A stretch of DNA of 64,000 nt from Lachnospiraceae bacterium (GTDB taxonomy: Bacteria > Bacillota > Clostridia > Lachnospirales > Lachnospiraceae): NCBI GenBank assembly GCA_030537215.1, contig JAUNOF010000003.1:2610-66609 (forward strand), written 5' to 3'. The translations under genes were made by a program, and so were the position numbers. Positions 61,101 through 64,000 of the stretch are shown piece after piece (the stretch's first letter is position 1; each line of letters begins with the position of its first letter). A model generated the notes under the pieces. It did no database searches. It saw only the letters and a list, made by a program, of their open reading frames with translations, and was not told the origin of the DNA.

Positions 61101-62182
61101 ATGACCCGAAAAAGCCAGGGTACCAGTTTATGGGATGGTTTGCAGATCCGGAATACAAGACATCATATAATTTTTCTTCCAAGATTGAGAAGGATACTCA
61201 TATCTATGCAAAGTGGGAGGAATATTACGATGTGAAATATGCGGTGGCGGTTTATGCAATCAACGATACGGATGCAGATGGAACGATTTTGCCGATTACC
61301 TTCGGACCGGCATCAGGTAAGAATTATAGAAATACTTATACCAGCCATACTCCATCTGATGGGAAACGGTGTCTCCATGATATGACATGGGAACAAATCA
61401 TTGAACAGGCCCGAAAGGATCCAACTGTATTTTCAGAATGCCTTGCAAATAGCTGTACCCATTCTATATTGATCAGCATGACGGACGCAGATGGTAACGC
61501 GAAAGCGATTATGGGTAACAGTTATAACGGAAAGATAAGTGGTGATGGTGCAACCATTTTTTCTGGATCGATTAATTCATGGTATTGTTCATGGAACCAT
61601 GAACATTCAACCTACTATATGGATTCGTCTCTTCGTTATATATATGGTACAAATGAAGGCGGATGGCCGGATTCTGCGATCCGAAACATGCTGAATGGTG
61701 TAGTGACAGAAAATATGATTAATATCACCAATAAAGAAACTGGTTTTGAGAAAAACAAACTTACGGAATCTACGGCATTAATTAGTTGTTTTCCGCAGGT
61801 GCTGCAGAATGCTATATACCCCAGAGCAGTAAAGTCTGATACCGTTTATGGCTCAAAAATAGAAGCAAATGTAGTAGTCACAAGAGATAAACTTTGGCTG
61901 TTCTCACCAAATGAGTATTTTGCGAACCCAGATCAGCTGCCTATCAATTATCAGCATCCATTGGAAGGGACTCCATTTGAACGGCAGGTTCTGCTAAAAG
62001 CTAATGTGGTAACAGGTTTGGCAGCTTTATATCCAGAGTCAGGCTCGAATAAAATGTCTAGCTGGTTCCGTTCTATAAACAGCAACAATAGCAATGGCGC
62101 GTTGTACACGAGTTACGGTCGCTGCTCCCTCGACAGTTGCTGCAACACATATGGCGTATCACCTGGCTTCAGTATTAAATAA
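55160..62182 (+). CDS. Giant secreted adhesin: SpaA/Cna-B-type Ig repeats, InlB-B/Flg_new repeat, C-terminal DUF6273-like (C-type lectin-like) domain
   Basis: Signal peptide ending TWA; five E-box repeats (e.g. YQFIETKAPDGY); KPGYQFMGWF..IYAKW; NEGGWPDSAIRNMLN..DKLWLFSPNE..WFRS..GVSPGF. Confidence 0.8.
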   Translation: MSLRMLEYLKDKLYRTRRKLSFLLAVVMAAAGIQFPTWADDGYDNYLDGWKINCAWSTLSNDYRWDAENDSMKQPKIVVTYRLENAEHAYEPGEIQFDIPGIGNANRASILKASDLTSDAEDSEWDCIWDQDTDRYTFSNKFSVKTGQSVSGGFQMLWNIQARESADGYQQEASPIFRVAGAGQIEMEPLSYEFSSVRDRYRIGMTKDKLAAADYEEANHDYIWYEIETRFDKDWLARGLYRSDYSIAVELPEGKDYSDVKVKSSGKTYPLEEIITESGDTIWGFYPFKNRSGNLGSRYSAYYNRFQIGFLKEHFMDEEAEEYRTVTIHGHLDRLYNDEVNWTTEAGENEKVDDKISFTVADYSFNHAGYIYDHSKRNSSYENSYDHSAPGSYSNRLNAVNIYNGKIVQFILRGNANRNYASARRSPVLTASAKLASDSNASSISSTRSFLATESNAAKAEDIPMPDTIFDWNDVHWQEHGLGESQLEYAGFDGITYGEIHPKLASDSDASHDPGDSDEEPYVPDMTIFGVIKSGLSKIGRTFFPLEAFGAATSSNANTIAAAQSANNPARVRGNTTGISQIGVNGNADTYSLVMGDDKLAIFLTDGSVRNLEDEEYDIAYVTIPSDSKGYDYEVYGAETQDTPFASYVYYGNGNTLKQSTIQLPAGIKAVFVQVNNITGSYYYTAYVGIRLHLDWEAEQQKAADGEPVPDHENHLVNFSYLRSLYVDADGYEVNDCAQEIENYAGTYGRELAERDQEIYEEYMLRGYSNVWLRSPITKLISRTSLAEFAGSNKGGFSSTAVSSGSIKADDSGPLKRFSLYAVIPDGLELNLDSDRIRLTGSGTYYSGEIVSNDDFENHVSYSIGEYNGMTMLTADFDFSDTPLEISKPTDISIVYGMTLKYADFIALGNYYTVNSYLMTHDDGLDKISGTAVMADEYDIDGNGVTTEKLAYSGASRTVLDSAVEWREYVSKYVKSAYSNGYETETVTRLSNKSDQDAEKEKSLYSYRLDFGLGSDNAKNIDFFDRIEQGACIALNEEKPDEYTEIPSEWQGSFLSVDTSYAERMKLIPTVSYSTDPEQQLDAKADGWSTELPADPGEVKSIWIHLDTSNLEDGLMKTRQMTYVTVNMQAPSDQNLVEKRAVNQYYVQFDAYGIGSADDFEARYELPSAETYVKLLDTVGKITLQKVDANNRTGTDKDGREKYAVITGARFQVYDQAGNAMFGEEGQEVNALGQIVLANIPYGVYQWEELEAPDGYEKIEGRHDVTVDGVIEIISIPNHRIPGEVILTKYDRDDSSVSPLSGAEFELFKENGDPVFLDENGTVSENGKESKAVTDTDGTIRITGLPWGNYQFIETKAPDGYELNEEPVNFTVGKDQFVAGDGAEPGKVTVSISAYDSESPASIRLIKKDSSDGQAVKDAVFSLYQKAKSDETTINEDKLIQSGLKTNAAGELQVDNLIFGEYYFVETRNPKGYLMPSDEAAVTDSVVLDVSTAGQVLEIVHTNDRMKGEAVLTKFDDAGQLVAGAEYILMHKAAASTEYAALEPVYTTDAAGEIKVSDLDWGDYYFIERKAPKGYELSDQHIPFTLDQKTVQSTVYVETVDQRLKGSVKLLKVDADDKAKTLAGATYELYRTDGTKCIPGTDYTLPDGADQIVTGADGTITITDIAQGGYYLMESAAPESYSLSDEKIRFSVTKENADVVQELTAEDVRNKASLRINKVINEAYAPFGDPTFLFRIEKKDKDTGAATQTYYRTITLSQNQLEGSVSFTVDQGFDYKIAELNSSRYKLAAVTADTDNVTIEDVTATADLLNSNYAEVTFENEISQYEKLSHTISATNIVKTGAKLTGIRVEYHGPDPIDENTDGYNAEERTYMIQTSDLTVLALYDDGTSFEVPEGSYTLADPVADGSSNSYTGRVIYKEAGIEKKGTFSVSVTLPEPLKRYWVIMELDGGTIVKDGDVTMTAVELWERQVKEGSMITKPSNDPKKPGYQFMGWFADPEYKTSYNFSSKIEKDTHIYAKWEEYYDVKYAVAVYAINDTDADGTILPITFGPASGKNYRNTYTSHTPSDGKRCLHDMTWEQIIEQARKDPTVFSECLANSCTHSILISMTDADGNAKAIMGNSYNGKISGDGATIFSGSINSWYCSWNHEHSTYYMDSSLRYIYGTNEGGWPDSAIRNMLNGVVTENMINITNKETGFEKNKLTESTALISCFPQVLQNAIYPRAVKSDTVYGSKIEANVVVTRDKLWLFSPNEYFANPDQLPINYQHPLEGTPFERQVLLKANVVTGLAALYPESGSNKMSSWFRSINSNNSNGALYTSYGRCSLDSCCNTYGVSPGFSIK

Positions 62183-62261
62183 AACGTTTCAGATGCTGCG
62201 TCCTTTGTTATGTGGTGATTGATAATGTAATGCAAGTACGCCGCTTGATATACGATGATTG

Positions 62262-62304
62262 CAGGCGTTAATTTACATAATTATTTTATGTAAATTAACG
62301 CCTG
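62262..62304. repeat. Perfect 19 bp inverted repeat (terminator and/or dif-like site)
   Basis: CAGGCGTTAATTTACATAA-TTATT-TTATGTAAATTAACGCCTG between convergent adhesin and recombinase genes. Confidence 0.85.
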
Positions 62305-62359
62305 ATTGCTTTTTCGTTTGTCTTTGACTTGCGGCCTTTCTCAACTGCTGACTGTGTTA

Positions 62360-63412
62360 TCAGTCTTCCCGAAGTCGGACTGCATTCCGGGCACTTCGCC
62401 TTCGCTGATCCTCCAATGCTGCATAATGCTTTTTGGTGGTATTTACATCTGAGTGTCCAAGTACATCGGCCACCAGATAGATGTCACCAGTTTCACGATA
62501 CAGATTGGTACCATAAGTACTGCGCAGCTTATGGGGAGTGATTTTTTTCAGCGGTGTAACGATACGGGCATACTTTTTTACAAGATTCTCAACACTGCGG
62601 ACGGAGATCCGTTTATTTTGGAGGGAGAGGAAGAGAGCATCTTCATGTCCAGTCTGCGGAATGATCTGATTTCGCTCATCCAGATAATCCAGAAGTGCAT
62701 CCTCCACCTCTGTACCAAAATATACCGTTACCTCCTTTCCGCCTTTCCGATGGATTCGGATTCCGCCATTTTTAAAATCAATATCATTCATATTAAGTCC
62801 AACGCACTCGGATACTCGGATTCCAGTACCTAAAAGAAGCGTCAAAAGGGCAAGATCCCGAATTTTTGTCTTTGCATGGAATGCCTTTTGCTTTTCTGTC
62901 AGTTTATCACCTTGCTCAACTTCATCCAGGAGCAGTGCTACTTCATCAACATCCAAACGGATAATTTCTTTTTCGTGAAGCTTCGGAAGCTGAACCAGGG
63001 CTGGAGGATTATTCTTAAGCTGCTCCAGTCGGAAAAAATAATTATAGAAGCTTTTCAAAGAGCAGATTTTCCTCATAATTCCACGTTCTTTATTAATAAT
63101 TTCCTGGTTTTTTTCATTAAAACGATATTTCAGGTATTCCATATATTCCTCAATATCAACAGAATGCAGTTCATCCAACTGCGATAATTGAATTTCCTTG
63201 ATTTTCATTCCATGGAAAGACGGATGCTCTTTTACCAGGAATTCGAAAAAAATTTTTAAATCATAGGCATAGGCGATTCTGGTTCTGGATGATGTACGCG
63301 GTTCAATTCCGCGGAAAAACTGAGAGCAGAAGAGTGGCAGTTCCTGTGTCAGCTGACGCAAATGTAATATGTTGTCTCTGTCTTTCTGCTCATGATAGGA
63401 TAAATTGCTCAT
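62360..63412 (-). CDS. Xer-family (XerC/XerS-like) tyrosine recombinase
   Basis: TRIAYAYDL, TGIRVSE (R), KGGK, HKLRS (HxxR), LGHS, HYA (Y). Confidence 0.9.
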   Translation of the reverse strand: MSNLSYHEQKDRDNILHLRQLTQELPLFCSQFFRGIEPRTSSRTRIAYAYDLKIFFEFLVKEHPSFHGMKIKEIQLSQLDELHSVDIEEYMEYLKYRFNEKNQEIINKERGIMRKICSLKSFYNYFFRLEQLKNNPPALVQLPKLHEKEIIRLDVDEVALLLDEVEQGDKLTEKQKAFHAKTKIRDLALLTLLLGTGIRVSECVGLNMNDIDFKNGGIRIHRKGGKEVTVYFGTEVEDALLDYLDERNQIIPQTGHEDALFLSLQNKRISVRSVENLVKKYARIVTPLKKITPHKLRSTYGTNLYRETGDIYLVADVLGHSDVNTTKKHYAALEDQRRRSARNAVRLRED

Positions 63413-63450
63413 AGTACAGCCTTCTTTCTGGAAATCATAATTTGGAATTC

Positions 63451-64000
63451 TTATGGCAGCTTGGAATGGTCCGGCTCTGGCCAGCCCTCAATTGTTCCAT
63501 CGATGATGGCACGGAACATACGGTTTTTCGCTCCAGGATTCTCAAACTCTAACCTTTTTGTTAATAATTTAACATATTCGCGTTTCGTATGGCCATCCAT
63601 TGGACACGGATTTTTACACACCGGAAGCTGATATTTATTTCGGAAGCCAATTATTTCCGCCTCTGTGACAAAAATCAGCGGACGAATTACCGTTAACTGC
63701 ATCCGATCCAGATAAGTACATGGAGAAAAGGCATAGAAGCGTCCCTCATATAAAAGAGAAAGCATCATAGTTTCAATCAGATCATCACGATGATGTGCAT
63801 ATGCAATTTTATTGCAGCCCATTTCCTTTGCAGCACGGTTTAAAGCGCCTTTCCGCATTTTCGCACATAAAGAGCAGGGATTGGATTCTTGTCTGGCCTC
63901 AAAAAGAATTTTTCCAATGTCAGTGGGAATTATTTTGTAAGGAACAGAAAAGTGCTGGCAAAGGGCTTTTACAGGCTCTAAATCCATGTTTCCAAGCCCG
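63451..64000 (-). CDS. ttcA: tRNA 2-thiocytidine biosynthesis TtcA-family protein, 5' end outside window
   Basis: PCSLCAKMRKG, AHHRDD, IRPL, CP motifs. Confidence 0.85.
   Translation of the reverse strand, partial: GLGNMDLEPVKALCQHFSVPYKIIPTDIGKILFEARQESNPCSLCAKMRKGALNRAAKEMGCNKIAYAHHRDDLIETMMLSLLYEGRFYAFSPCTYLDRMQLTVIRPLIFVTEAEIIGFRNKYQLPVCKNPCPMDGHTKREYVKLLTKRLEFENPGAKNRMFRAIIDGTIEGWPEPDHSKLP

Noticed and set aside
62360-63412. Tyrosine recombinase as the integrase of a prophage/ICE carrying the fibre cassette
   Set aside because: It resembles a housekeeping Xer-type enzyme co-oriented with ttcA; no att direct repeats, excisionase, phage or conjugation genes were seen

Overview
This window looks like chromosomal DNA from a spore-forming Clostridia gut bacterium, probably Lachnospiraceae (inferred from gene content and order). 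About 1-49.7 kb is core housekeeping DNA, almost all on the + strand: alaS end, rpsU, yqfC/yqfD-phoH-ybeY, proB/proA, miaB-mutS-mutL-miaA, radC-mreCD-pbp2-minCDE-rodA-mgsA, yggS-sepF, aroB, lspA, rplU-prp-rpmA-obgE-yhbY-nadD-yqeK-rsfS and divergent lexA/yneA with SOS boxes. An apparently accessory ~12.5 kb cassette (49.9-62.2 kb) sits between the yneA-like gene and a Xer-type recombinase/ttcA pair. It encodes an Xre regulator, a cell-wall-binding protein, a SipW-type signal peptidase, three SipW-class/TasA-like subunits (one with an LPKTG sortase anchor) and a ~2340 aa adhesin with pilin-type Ig repeats. The adhesin's last ~40 codons look like a diversity-generating retroelement (DGR) variable region, but I found no reverse transcriptase or template repeat in the window. 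This fibre-plus-diversified-tip locus is the best candidate for an undescribed system. Intergenic DNA carries a ~160 bp MITE family (GTAAC-ended inverted repeats, 8 bp target duplications), a 96 bp structured tandem repeat and a dif-like palindrome next to the recombinase. I found no rRNA, tRNA or CRISPR array. All product calls come from motif recognition by eye, without database searches.
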